A stretch of 64,000 nucleotides of DNA, taken from the NCBI GenBank assembly GCA_951406725.2, contig OX597818.1, positions 120,962,001 to 121,026,000 of the forward strand, given 5' to 3'. The notes below the pieces were generated by a model that saw nothing but the letters and a program-made list of their open reading frames with translations, did no database searches and had not been told where the DNA came from. Position numbers and translations under genes: made by a program. This document shows, in pieces, positions 52,667 to 64,000 of the stretch. This DNA is from Octopus vulgaris. Its lineage: Eukaryota. The first letter of the stretch is position 1. Each line of letters begins with the position of its first letter.

Positions 52667-52773
52667 ATTTCTTAGACGATGCACCGTTTCATCTTCTGTT
52701 TAATGGAAAACTAACCTGATTAAATTAAATCAAGCCAATCTACCATAGGCCCTTAGATTCATCAGTAAGAAAT
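52667..52773 (-). ncRNA. Type I hammerhead ribozyme (493-bp family, inverted copy)
   Basis: Reverse complement of the motif at 53073. Confidence 0.85.
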
Positions 52774-53072
52774 AGCCAAACCGGAACAGATATTTTTCAC
52801 GAGGCATTCTCATTGCTACCTCATCAATATCTGACCTAAAATTTTCAAATCGTCGCACTCGCTGGAGGCAAAAGAATTCTACAAAATTTTTTTTGCCACC
52901 CTATATTGATTAATTATGAATTTTCTGGTTAATTCCGTAATGGAATCGGCGGCTTATATTTATTTGCTGCCGATAAATTTGGCGCGAGTGCGACGATTTG
53001 AAAATTTTAGGTCAGATATTGACGAGGTAGCAATGAGAATGCCTCGTGAAAAATATCTGTTCCGGTTTGGCT

Positions 53073-53179
53073 ATTTCTTACTGATGAATCTAAGGGCCTA
53101 TGGTAGATTGGCTTGATTTAATTTAATCAGGTTAGTTTTCCATTAAACAGAAGATGAAACGGTGCATCGTCTAAGAAAT
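53073..53179 (+). ncRNA. Type I hammerhead ribozyme (493-bp family)
   Basis: ATTTCTTA-CTGATGA-ATCT...AGAT-GAAAC-GGTGCATC-GTC-TAAGAAAT; 8-bp stem I; stem III ACGG(TGCA)TCGT. Confidence 0.9.
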
Positions 53180-53565
53180 TACAGGGTAAATGTTTTTCAA
53201 TTTTCTCCTGGTTTACGGAATTGACGTTATTTTGCGGTTAAAGCTTTTGGCTGTTATTTCTAGTGGGTGAATGGCCTATTATGGCCGTTCCTTGATTGTT
53301 AATGTTGAACTTAAAAATGGTTTATGACTATTTAATTTTTTCCCACTAGGCCGCTGGAGGCAAAAGAATTCTACAAAATTTTTTTTTGCCACCCTATATT
53401 GATTAATTATGAATTTTCTGGTTAATTCCGTAATGGAATCGGCGGCTTATATTTATTTGCTGCCGATAAATTTGGCGCGAGTGCGACGATTTGAAAATTT
53501 TAGGTCAGATATTGACGAGGTAGCAATGAGAATGCCCCGTGAAAAATATCTGTTCCGGTTTGGCT

Positions 53566-53672
53566 ATTTCTTACTGATGAATCTAAGGGCCTATGGTAGA
53601 TTGGCTTGATTTAATTTAATCAGGTTAGTTTTCCATTAAACAGAAGATGAAACGGTGCATCGTCTAAGAAAT
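53566..53672 (+). ncRNA. Type I hammerhead ribozyme (493-bp family)
   Basis: Same motif at +493. Confidence 0.9.
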
Positions 53673-54058
53673 TACAGGGTAAATGTTTTTCAATTTTCTC
53701 CTGGTTTACGGAATTGACGTTATTTTGCGGTTAAAGCTTTTGGCTGTTATTTCTAGTGGGTGAATGGCCTATTATGGCCGTTCCTTGATTGTTAATGTTG
53801 AACTTAAAAATGGTTTATGACTATTTAATTTTTTCCCACTAGGCCGCTGGAGGCAAAAGAATTCTACAAAATTTTTTTTTGCCACCCTATATTGATTAAT
53901 TATGAATTTTCTGGTTAATTCCGTAATGGAATCGGCGGCTTATATTTATTTGCTGCCGATAAATTTGGCGCGAGTGCGACGATTTGAAAATTTTAGGTCA
54001 GATATTGACGAGGTAGCAATGAGAATGCCTCGTGAAAAATATCTGTTCCGGTTTGGCT

Positions 54059-54165
54059 ATTTCTTACTGATGAATCTAAGGGCCTATGGTAGATTGGCTT
54101 GATTTAATTTAATCAGGTTAGTTTTCCATTAAACAGAAGATGAAACGGTGCATCGTCTAAGAAAT
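54059..54165 (+). ncRNA. Type I hammerhead ribozyme (493-bp family)
   Basis: Same motif at +986. Confidence 0.9.
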
Positions 54166-54387
54166 TACAGGGTAAATGTTTTTCAATTTTCTCCTGGTTT
54201 ACGGAATTGACGTTATTTTGCGGTTAAAGCTTTTGGCTGTTATTTCTAGTGGGTGAATGGCCTATTATGGCCGTTCCTTGATTGTTAATGTTGAACTTAA
54301 AAATGGTTTATGACTATTTAATTTTTTCCCACTAGGCCGCTGGAGGCAAAAGAATTCTACAAAATTTTTTTTGCCACCCTATATTGA

Positions 54388-54442
<55 letters not shown>

Positions 54443-54513
54443 TATATATATATGCACATATATATATATATACATATGTAAATATATATATACATATATA
54501 CATATATACATAT

Positions 54514-54613
<100 letters not shown>

Positions 54614-55114
54614 GGAGAGAGAGAGAGAGAGGGTCTTCCATGCAGTTTTTGTCCATCATGTTCAGTCACAAGGCATTGTTGTCCCGCGGGTATTAGTAGA
54701 AGACCTACACTTATGGTCTTATGGTGCTGCATAGGAGGACCGAAACCATGTAGTTGCAAAGTTAGTTTCTTGTTTTAAACAAGAAATATTGGTTGAACAT
54801 TCTCATCAAAAGTGTCATAAAATACAAACATAACCACCTGACATGTTTATCTGGCATGGTTATTTACAGGTAGAGCAGTTAGTTCTTTATGTGTGAACGT
54901 TCAGTGAGAAAGGGAATATTTATGAACACTTGGCGCAGATGCAGCTGTGTGGTAAGCAGCTTCCTTCCCAACCACATGGTTCCGGGTTCAGTCTCACTAA
55001 CTGGCACCTTGGGAAAGTGTCTTCTACTATAGCCTCGGACCGACCAAATCCTTGTGAATGGATTTGGTAGACGGAAACTGAAAGAAGCCCGTCATGTATA
55101 TATATATGTGTATG

Positions 55115-55145
<31 letters not shown>

Positions 55146-55929
55146 ATTTGTTATTTGTGTCTGTGTTTATCCCCCACACCGTTGCTTCGCAACCGATATT
55201 GGTGTTTACGTCCCCGTCACTTAGTGGTTCAGCAATAAGTGATTGATAGAATAAGTTCTAAGCTTACAAAGAATAATTCCTGGGATAGATTTGTTCGACT
55301 AAAGGTGGTGCTCCGGCATGGCCGCACTCAAATGACTGAAACATGCGAAAGAAAAGAATAAAAGAATAATTGATTCAAAATTCAAATTACAAGTTGTATT
55401 TGTACTCACAGTAATGGATACTCTTGCTTGTGTTACTAAACCTCTACGTGATAATCTGCAAAAGCTGGTATTTTCAGAAAAAGAAAATGTCCAGCTGACA
55501 CGCACGTGACACACTTAATGTATACAAGCAGTAAGTAGAACAATAAAGATATGCAAGACTGTTTAAAAGATTTAACATGTAGCTCTTTACCCATGTTTTA
55601 TTTCAATTCCAGTAATGGCGATTTATTTCTTTGTTAGAAACTCACTCCATTTTTATGGGGGGAAAGGTAAATAATTAATCAAAAACTGAGACTCACACAG
55701 ACACAGTCATATATGATAAATACAGCAGGCAATGTATTTGACTTATAATTCTGGTTTAACTACACCATTATGTCGTGGTTATTCATTTCTTCAAGTGTAT
55801 CTTTACTTTCGTCAAAGTATTTTGACGGACTTTGCGATGCTTGAATAGTATATACAGTTTTTTGCTTATCTTTTTTGCTTGTCTTACATTGCTTCTTTCG
55901 TTTCGTTCTGTGTCTAGGAATTTTACTAT

Positions 55930-56622
55930 TTACAGCAGGGTATAATTTATCATTTGCAAGAGTATAATATTTTCTGGTGATGTAGCACAGTCTTTTTTCA
56001 CGTAATGTTTTTGTTGGTTAAATGTTAAAGTAGGTGTCCATGTGGGTATATAACTACTGACGTAAGAATACGTATCAGAATCATCAGAGAGGTCATATGA
56101 TTGGGTTATTGACCCAGCAATATCGTTCTTTTGGAAAGGAATAGAGTCTTGTACCCATGAGTTTTCCGTATGAGATATATTCAGGTCTTTTGAGATGGAA
56201 TCCTTCAGGGTAGAACTTAAATCGTGAGCTTGTGTGAGATCATTCGCAATAGAATCTCGCAAGTATGACAACTTTTTGCTCACTGGCGATACTTTATAAG
56301 AAGCTTGTCCATTTCTAAAGTTTGTGTCTTGACATTGTTCTTCCTTCGTCCACTTGTCTGTAATATCTCCAACTGAAGGTTGACGTATGAATATATCCAA
56401 CATTCCTCTAGGGAGCTCTTTGTTGTATTCGTTCAAGTTTTCTGCTGATTCAGTCCCTTCCTCTGTTGGAATATTGCCACTTATTTTATCATGACAACAT
56501 CTTATTGAGGAAGAACTATCAATTTCACCGGAATGTTTGCCACCGTCTTCAGAGGAAATCTGCATCAGTTTTCCAGTCGCTGTTGCTAAATGTTGCTGCA
56601 AACTGTGAATCAGAAGTTCTTT
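55930..56622 (-). CDS. Uncharacterised protein, large (possibly terminal) exon, Ser/Asp-rich
   Basis: Acceptor tatttttag|AAAGAA; ~230 open codons KELLIHSLQQHLATATGKLMQISSEDGG...; in frame with the exon at 59473-59628. Confidence 0.65.
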   Translation of the reverse strand, partial: KELLIHSLQQHLATATGKLMQISSEDGGKHSGEIDSSSSIRCCHDKISGNIPTEEGTESAENLNEYNKELPRGMLDIFIRQPSVGDITDKWTKEEQCQDTNFRNGQASYKVSPVSKKLSYLRDSIANDLTQAHDLSSTLKDSISKDLNISHTENSWVQDSIPFQKNDIAGSITQSYDLSDDSDTYSYVSSYIPTWTPTLTFNQQKHYVKKDCATSPENIILLQMINYTLL

Positions 56623-57034
56623 CTAAAAATATAACAAGAGAAACTAATAAACAAAATTTTAGCTACATATTTATTGTCATTGACATAGTTATAGGAAAGT
56701 TAGCAATAGATAAGGTTAGTTGGGACACGATAAAATTTTAGCTTTGTACCTGTACGTGAAACAGATACCAAGCCAATGAGAGACACTCTACACGGTAGTA
56801 CAGCTGCAAAGGTTCTACGGATATACTCTGCTGTCTTAAAGACGGAAAGGATGCATTCGATAATTGCAATCCTTAAAAAGGATAAAATAATCACATTTCG
56901 AATCATAGACCTTCGGTAGTCATAGACCTTCGGTAGTCATAGACCTTCTGTGATCATAGACCTATGACCTTCTCTGATCTTCTGTGGAAAGGTTGATCGG
57001 TAACTAAACAACTACAAAAAGCAACCATAATACC

Positions 57035-57262
57035 TATTTCTTTACTACCCACAAGTGGGTAAACACAGAGAGGAAAAACAAGGACAGACAAACGGATTAA
57101 GTCGATTATATCGACCCCAGGACGTAACTGGTACTTAATTTATCAACCTCGAAAGGATGAAAGGTAAAGTCGACCTCGGCAGAATTTGAACTCAGAATGT
57201 AACGGCAGACGAAATACGGCGACGCATTTCGTCCGGTGTGTTAACGTTTCTGCCAGCTCGCC
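57035..57262 (-). mobile_element. SINE family A
   Basis: Reverse-complement match; followed by CCTAAC repeats. Confidence 0.8.
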
Positions 57263-58289
57263 TAACCCTAACCTTAACCATAATACCAACACAGAGACAG
57301 TAACTGAGTATTTATATTACATACCAGCATGGTGGGAAGAGTTGTGGTTGATAGGTATTGAAGTGAGTTGGACTTCATGGAGATACAATGAAGTGCATGT
57401 GAGCGAGTTCATCGGTGTATAGATTGATTATTGGAAAGGAAACAGATGGTGTTTTTAGGTGAAGGCAATTTGATTGTTAATCCCTGCTGGATTAGTAGTG
57501 ATTAATCAGAAAGCAAAATGTGGCCAGCAATTTCGGGAGAAGGAGTAAGACGATTATATCGACCCCAATATTCAGTTGGTACTTATATTATTTTTTCGAG
57601 CTCGAATGTATGAAAGGCAAAGTCAACCTCGGCAGAATTTCAAATCAGAATGCGAAGCATTTCACCCGGCGTGCCAGCAATTCCGCTCGCTCGTCGCTGT
57701 GATGTAGTTTATAGTATTAGCAAGAGACTGGAATTAGACGTATACAATACCATGAATAGTGACATGCAAGTAGGCGGAGCCGATGGGCCAACTGAAAGTG
57801 ATTACCTTGTGGATCTTGGAGAGGTAGTAGGTACGAAGATGATGGGAAAATATGATGTACAGACGATGTGTTCAATGGATATGTGAGGAAGTATTCTTAT
57901 TCATGGTTCTGGCGTTGCTTTTCTCTTACCCCTATTTCGATATTCTATTATTAAGATGATAAAGAAAGCAATGTAACTGTAATAACGTGATGAGATAAAG
58001 ATATGTGAAGATATATGGAAGAATCTACAGTGTTCCCCAGGAGAGAGGTCGAGGAATTGTTTGAGGTTGTGCTGCAAACCACAGATGCTTTTCTGATACA
58101 TACAAGAGTTGAAACGGTCGGTCATATGGAAAGGCAAACTAGATTCGTGTTGCGTAGAGAGGTGATGTCCTGGATGAATGTATTGGCATTGTCTGGGGAA
58201 CGAGATCAGGCATAGCATCCAGGTTTGGTGTGGTGAGGGGTGTTGAAGAAACTGTAGAACAGTCAGTCATATAATTTATGGTCTTCATA

Positions 58290-58828
58290 AGGTGGCGAGC
58301 TGGCAGAAACGTTAGCACGCCGGGCGAAATGTTTAGCGGTACTTCGTCTGCCGCTACGTTCTGAGTTCAAATTTCCACCGAGGTCGACTTTGCCTTTCAT
58401 CCTTTCAGGATCGATAAATTAAGTACCAGTTACGCACTGGAGTCGATATAATCCACTTACTCCGTCTGTCTGTCCTTGTTTGTCTCCTCTGTGTTTAGCC
58501 CCTTCTGGACAGTAAAGAAATAGGTATTTCGTTTGCCGCTACGTTCTGAGTTCAAATTCCGCCGAGGTCGACTTTGCCTTTCATCCTTTCGGGGTTGATT
58601 AAATAAGTACCAGTTACGCACTGGGGTCGATGTAATCGACTTAATCCGCTTATCTGTCCTTGTTTGTCCCCTCTGTGTGTAGCCCACAAGGGGCTACACA
58701 CAGAGGGGACAAATAGGTATTTCGGTGTCGATAAATTAAGTACCAGTTGCGTCCTGGAGTCGATCTAATCGACTGCACCCCAACTCACTTCTCTAAACAT
58801 TTCGGGCTTTATGCATAGAGTAGAAAAG
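58290..58828 (+). mobile_element. Composite/dimeric SINE family A insertion
   Basis: 17-bp TSD AATTTATGGTCTTCATA at 58273-58289 and 58829-58845 brackets duplicated SINE bodies. Confidence 0.85.
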
Positions 58829-59220
58829 AATTTATGGTCTTCATAGTCTGATTGCCATCAAAAGGTGATTAGGAAAGCTGTGAGAAGTGATGGGGTCGGA
58901 TTTGAAAAGACTAATGATCCAGATATGGAAGTAAGGTGGTGTGATGCTAGTGAGGGTGAAGGGTAATTTGTTAGTGAGCAATAAAAATGGAGATATCCGG
59001 AAAGTTAACAGGTGCTAAGTATGATACATGTTAGTTCTAGAACAAGTGGGAGAAGTTCTTCGAAGAATATCATCAATTGTATAAAATGATAAACCTGGAG
59101 CTTCTTCTATACCGGAAAAGCTGGTCGGTTGAAAGTTGATCATTTGGGGGAAGGAGGCGTTGGACATCTTACACAATAAACATAATCCCAAAGGCCTGTA
59201 TCTTCAATTCTGTGTGGGAA

Positions 59221-59267
<47 letters not shown>

Positions 59268-59472
59268 TGTACCGTTGTGTGTGTGCCTTTTGTAATTCCC
59301 CCCTACACCTTTTGACAACCAGTGTTGGTTTGTTTACGTCCCCATCACTTAGCAGTCCGGCAAAAGATATCAATAGAATAGGTACCAGACGTGGCCACAG
59401 TCCAATGACCAAACCAAGGATAAAAGAGATAAATAAATAAAAAAACAAAAGGTAGATCAATGAAATACTAAC

Positions 59473-59628
59473 TGCTTGCATGGATCTTTTCAGGGCCGAG
59501 TTTTCTACAACTAAATGACACAGTTCTTCATAATTAGGTTCTCTTTTGCAATATGTTAAACGCTTAACAGCGGTAACAGCAGCTGGGGAATCTAATTTGT
59601 CGCTTTTACTTTTTCTCCACAATAAAAT
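59473..59628 (-). CDS. Uncharacterised protein, internal exon (coiled-coil start)
   Basis: gttttcag|ILLWRKSKSDKLDSPAAVTAVKRLTYCKREPNYEELCHLVVENSALKRSMQA|gttagt; 156 nt, phase 0/0. Confidence 0.65.
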
Positions 59629-59825
59629 CTGAAAACATTAAAAACATTTAGAAATACAATTTGAAATTCAGGTCTGACAAGGTTACTGCTTCGAATGTGA
59701 TAATATATGACCCCGTAGATATTCTATGGTTTAATTAAAAACAACTGTTAAGTATCGACGACTAATGTGACAGGTGCGCGCACATATACGAACACCCTCA
59801 CTCTCTCACACACACGCAGCTAATT

Positions 59826-59861
<36 letters not shown>

Positions 59862-60157
59862 AGCCAGTAGTGTTTGTATGTATGAGTGGTTATATATACC
59901 ATTAGCGTCAATTTGAATCACTTTTTTCCCACGCACTTTATTTTTCTCACTCTTACCTCTCTCTCTCTCTCTTTCTCGGCATCTCTCTCTCTCTTTCTCA
60001 GCGTCTCGCTTTCTCGGTATCTCTCTCTCTCTCTCTTCCTCAGCGTCTCTCTTTCTCTCTTTCTTAGCATTTCTCTCTCTTTCTCGGCATCTCTCTCTCT
60101 CTCTTTCTCAGCGCCTCTCTTTCTTAGCATTTCTCTCTCTTTCTCGGCGTTTCTCTC

Positions 60158-60198
<41 letters not shown>

Positions 60199-60326
60199 GT
60201 CTCTCTCTCTCTCTTTCTCGGCATCTCTCCCTCTCTTTCTCAGCGTCTCTCTCTCTTTCTCGGCATCTCTCCCTCTCTTTCTCAGCGTCTCTCTCTCTCT
60301 CTCTCTCTCTCCCTCTCTCTCTCTTG

Positions 60327-60913
60327 CTGCACGCGATTGTGCAATGCCCGAAGGTGACTGAACTCTGGGCTTATGTCGAACACCTGCTGTCGCATTCGAG
60401 AAGTGTACAACTGTCGAGCGAATCTGTAATGAAGATAGTTCCGCCGACCTTCCTGAATAGGGAGGAGCGAGCCTGTTTCCTCTCGGTAGTTGCTATGGCG
60501 AAAGAAGTAGTGTGGAAGACGAGAGTAAAAGGAATTGCAACAGGCATGTTTATCTCCAGTCTCGAGCTAATCGACTTTTTCGTTTTCCACATGAAACGGA
60601 AAATAAGGCTGGAGAAGAAATGCCTGTCGCAAAGTGTGTTTCGTAAAAGATGGAAGTCTATAGCAAGTATGTTGCGAGTGAAAGAACCTGTTTAATCAAG
60701 AATGTGAAAAAGGAGAAAGCAAAGTCTTCAGTGTGAGTATGTGGTTTGTGGGGTCAACCACGTCCTCCGCTTCATTTTTTGTTATTCACTCATTATCATT
60801 TAATTGTATATATTTTAATTATTTGTTTATTCATGTTTCGTCTCATTCGATACCCTGACCCAACGTTTGTTTTGTCCCCTCTTTTTCTCAACTTTATGGT
60901 GAATAAAGAAATA
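60327..60913 (+). mobile_element. Tx1/L1-clade LINE 3' end (short copy)
   Basis: LHAIVQCPKVTELWAYV... and a 3'UTR ending AATAAAGAAATA; near-identical to ~61701-62290. Confidence 0.85.
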
Positions 60914-61011
60914 CTCTCTCTCGACGTTTCTCTTTCTCTTTGTCTTTTTCGGCGTCTCTCTCTCTTTCTCAGTGTCTCTATCCCTCTCTCTCTCTCTCTC
61001 TCTCTCTTTCT

Positions 61012-62290
61012 CGGAAGCTGTCCTTGAAAGGGAGGGCGGAGGTTGCAGAAGTGTTTATCGCCTCTGTAATCACTTACCGCCTAACCGTAGTGCCTTGCCC
61101 CGATTCGTGGCTGAACAAACTGGAACGCATGCTCTTTCGCTTTTTGTGGAGGGGCAGCAGACCTCTTGTAAGGCGCTCTATTTGCTGCCAAAAGCGCTGG
61201 AGGGTGGGTTAGGGATGCCGTGGCTAAAAATGCGCAGACATGCGCTCAGGCTTAGGCACCTCTGGATTTACCTGGACGGTTAGCAGGTGTGGTCTCCGTT
61301 TGTCAAGCTGTTATTTCCACAGTTCACATCGTTTAACGAACTGAACCCATGAATCAAGTGTAGACCGAGGTTGGGCATGTAGCATGCAGAGTGCTATCAG
61401 GCACTCGTGCTTCTCTCCCAGTCGGGCAACGCCGGTGGCGGGGGTACTACCTCGTTCTTCTATAGAGGGTTAGTAGAGTTTAAGTGAGACGACATCCTAG
61501 GAGAAACTCTGGGCTTCGACGAAAATCAACTGGCCAGCCTGTTCCAAAGAACATTCCGTCCGGGGCCTATGGATAATTACCAAAAGTCCCTGGCCTGGCA
61601 ATGTTACAGAGGAGCTTTACCGGTTCGAGATAAGCTCTTTAGACATGGGTGTGCACCTTCGCCGGTTTGTGCAAGATGTAAGAGGGACAGGGAAACTGTC
61701 CTGCACGCGATTGTGCAATGCCCGAAGGTGACTGAACTCTGGGCTTATGTCGAACACTTGCTGTCGCATTCGAGAAGTGTACAACTGTCGAGCGAATCTG
61801 TAATTAAGATAGTTCCGCCGACCTTCCTGAATAGGGAGGAGCGAGCCTGTTTTCTTTCGGTAGTTGCTATGGCGAAAGAAGTAGTGTGGAAGACGAGAGT
61901 AAAAGGAATTGCAACAGGCATGTTTATCTCCAGTCTCGAGCTAATCGACTTTTACGTTTTCCACATGAAACGGAAAATAAGGCTGGAGAAGAAATGCCTG
62001 TCGCAAAGTGTGTTTCGTAAAAGATGGAAGTCTATAGCAAGTATGTTGCGAGTGAAAGAACCTGTTTAATCGAGAATGTGAAAAAGGAGAAAGCAAAGTC
62101 TTCAGTGTGAGTATGTGGTTTGTGGGGTCAACCACGTCCTCCGCTTCATTTTTTGTTATTCACTCATTATCATTTAATTGTATATATTTTAATTATTTGT
62201 TTATTCATATGTTTCGTCTCATTCGATACCCTGACCCCAACGTTTGTTTTGTCCCCTCTTTTTCTCAACCTTATGGTGAATAAAGAAATA
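61012..62290 (+). mobile_element. Tx1/L1-clade LINE 3' part (RT thumb and zf-RVT)
   Basis: RKLSLKGRAEV, FRFLWRG, GGLGMP, LPVRDKL...CARC...ETVLHAIVQC; several stops. Confidence 0.9.
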
Positions 62291-63124
62291 CTCTCTCTCT
62301 TTCTCGGCATCTCTCTCTCTTTCTCAGCGTCTCTATCACTCCCTCTCTCTTTCTCGACATCTCTCTCTCTTTCTCAGCATCTCTCTCCTTTTCTCGGCGT
62401 CTCTCTCTCTCTCTCTCTCTCTTTCTGGTAATGTAACTGATTGTTGGATGTCAAATATACGAGTGACAGAGTAAGATGATTAAATATTTTACTGATGACG
62501 AATTGGATGCTGTTTACATGATTTATGACAAAATGATTGATGGTAGGATGCCTGATATAGAAGGAGTGATAGATTGTAGGATCGATGAATATTGTTTTAT
62601 TGACTATTGATCTGATTATGATTAGGTGATGTAGGTATTACGAATGATGGCAAAGGAACTGATAGAATAGAATGGCGGTATGCATAGATAACAAATGATA
62701 AGATCGCCAATAAGATTGATTGGTGAGTGGTCTATTATTTGACGTTTTATCTGTTTAATTGTCAAATATTACATGATCTAATATTTGTTAGTCGACTTTA
62801 TATGATGGTTTAATATTTACTAATTAAGTATTTTGTGGGTGAATAGTATCTTGTGGTCTAATAATTACGTCTCAACTCTTTGCTGCTTTAATCTTTAGCC
62901 ATCCGTTGACTTACTGTTGATGCTTTTACTATCATTATGAGTATTCTGATTTTAGAATTTGTATACTCTGTCTCTGCAAAAGACGATAACAGGATTGGCG
63001 CAAGGAAGATCATCAAATTAAACACTGTATCATAAAATTAGTAAAAGCATTTGAAAGAGCCTTAGATCACAATACCGAAGTGTATAACATTTATTATGTC
63101 TTAAGTGTATATATTAATTGAAAT

Positions 63125-63680
63125 CAAAATCAAATTCCATGACTGGCATCCGTGCTAGCGGGGTGCAAAGAGCACCATACAAGTGTGATCGTTGACAGAG
63201 CAGCTAACCGGCCTCCGTGCCAGTGGCACATAAAAGGCACCATTCGAATATGATCGTTACCAGCGTCGCCTTACTGGAACTTGTGCCCGTGCTAGTAGGG
63301 TGCCAAGAGCACCATCCGAGCGTGATCGTTGCCAGAGCAGCCAACTGGCTTCCGTGCCGGTGGCACATAAAAGGGCACCATTCGAGCGGGATCGTTACCA
63401 ACGTCGCCTCACTGGCACCCGTGCCGGTGGCATGTGTAAAAAGATTCGAGCGAGGTCATTACCAGTACCGCCTGACTGGCCCCCGAGCCGGTGGCACGTA
63501 AAAAGCACCCACTACACTCTCGGAGTGGTTGGTGTTAAGAAGGGCATCCAACTGTAGAAACTCTGCCAGATCAGATTGGAGCCTGGTGCAGCCATCTGGT
63601 TCGCCAGCCCTCAGTCAAAATCGTCCAACCCATGCTAACATTAAAAGCGGACGTTAAACGATGATGATGAGGAGGAGGAT
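63125..63680 (+). mobile_element. SINE-like repeat with internal tandem duplications and a (GAT)n tail
   Basis: Repeated CACCATTCGAGC...GATCGTTRCCA units; AAGGGCATCCAACTGTAGAAAC segment; ends GACGTTAAACGATGATGATG. Confidence 0.6.
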
Positions 63681-64000
63681 TCTAGCCTGGTTAGCTTTAG
63701 CACAGATCAGTAAATGTTTTGTTTACTGATTTATATATCTGAACAAGTCAGAGACTGACTGAGAGTATTAAGGGCCCTCGGGCATAACTGTTTACCGGGC
63801 CCCTTTGAATGTGTGTTTTAGTAGAGTGAACATGTAGAGTGCAGGCCCCTCAGAGCTCCGGGGGCCCTCAGGCAGTGCCCGATTTACCGACGGCTCAGTT
63901 CGCCTTTGGAACAAGTATTCTCAGCTTGGCTCAGATCGCCTGGGGTTTTCGTCAAATGAGGTTGAAACATCGTGCCAGGTGATTCTTTGGCATTTTCATT

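Larger units (their letters stand above)
52543..54395. mobile_element. Hammerhead-bearing 493-bp tandem array with an inverted left part (retrozyme-like)
   Basis: An inverted partial copy (52543-52862) joins by CGC microhomology to 3 full + monomers plus ~57 nt (52860-54395); flanked by (TA)n. Confidence 0.9.
59956..62428. repeat. (TC)n-rich compound repeat with TTTCTCGGCA/TTTCTCAGCG interruptions, hosting two LINE ends
   Basis: Seen at 59956-60324, 60914-61011 and 62291-62428. Confidence 0.9.

Noticed and set aside
52860-54395. CRISPR-like or satellite interpretation of the tandem arrays
   Set aside because: No short repeats with unique spacers, eukaryotic context, and only 3-4 units with ribozymes and an inversion.
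57300-59140. Old - strand LINE RT relic around the SINEs
   Set aside because: Composition is suggestive but no diagnostic motif could be read reliably.

Overview
AT-rich, repeat-dense animal genomic DNA. The SINE families and microsatellite load suggest an octopus or other coleoid cephalopod (inference). Three spliced host genes are visible: (1) the first two exons of a CYP4-clan cytochrome P450 on the - strand (9780-8243); (2) a complete 10-coding-exon, 456-aa secreted GH18 chitinase-like protein with a C-terminal CBM14 domain on the + strand (19066-51673), whose catalytic motif has changed to FDGLDICWQYP and which needs a 23-nt micro-exon; (3) two exons of an unidentified gene on the - strand (59628-55930). 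The rest is transposon-derived: Penelope-like elements (PLEs), an R4/Dong-like LINE in (TAA)n, Tx1-like LINE ends in (TC)n, ORF1-only zinc-knuckle elements, an RTE fragment, mariner relics, a Helitron, a Merlin-like MITE and many tRNA-derived SINEs. The main hidden signal is not in the ORF track. At least six unrelated sequence families carry type I hammerhead ribozymes (about 14 motif copies, plus variant or decayed ones). They include two non-coding tandem arrays (596-bp and 493-bp monomers, one hammerhead per monomer) that look like large retrozymes. Seven hammerhead-type insertions share one geometry: an inverted, 3'-ends-outward structure, and six of them sit in or next to (TA)n tracts.
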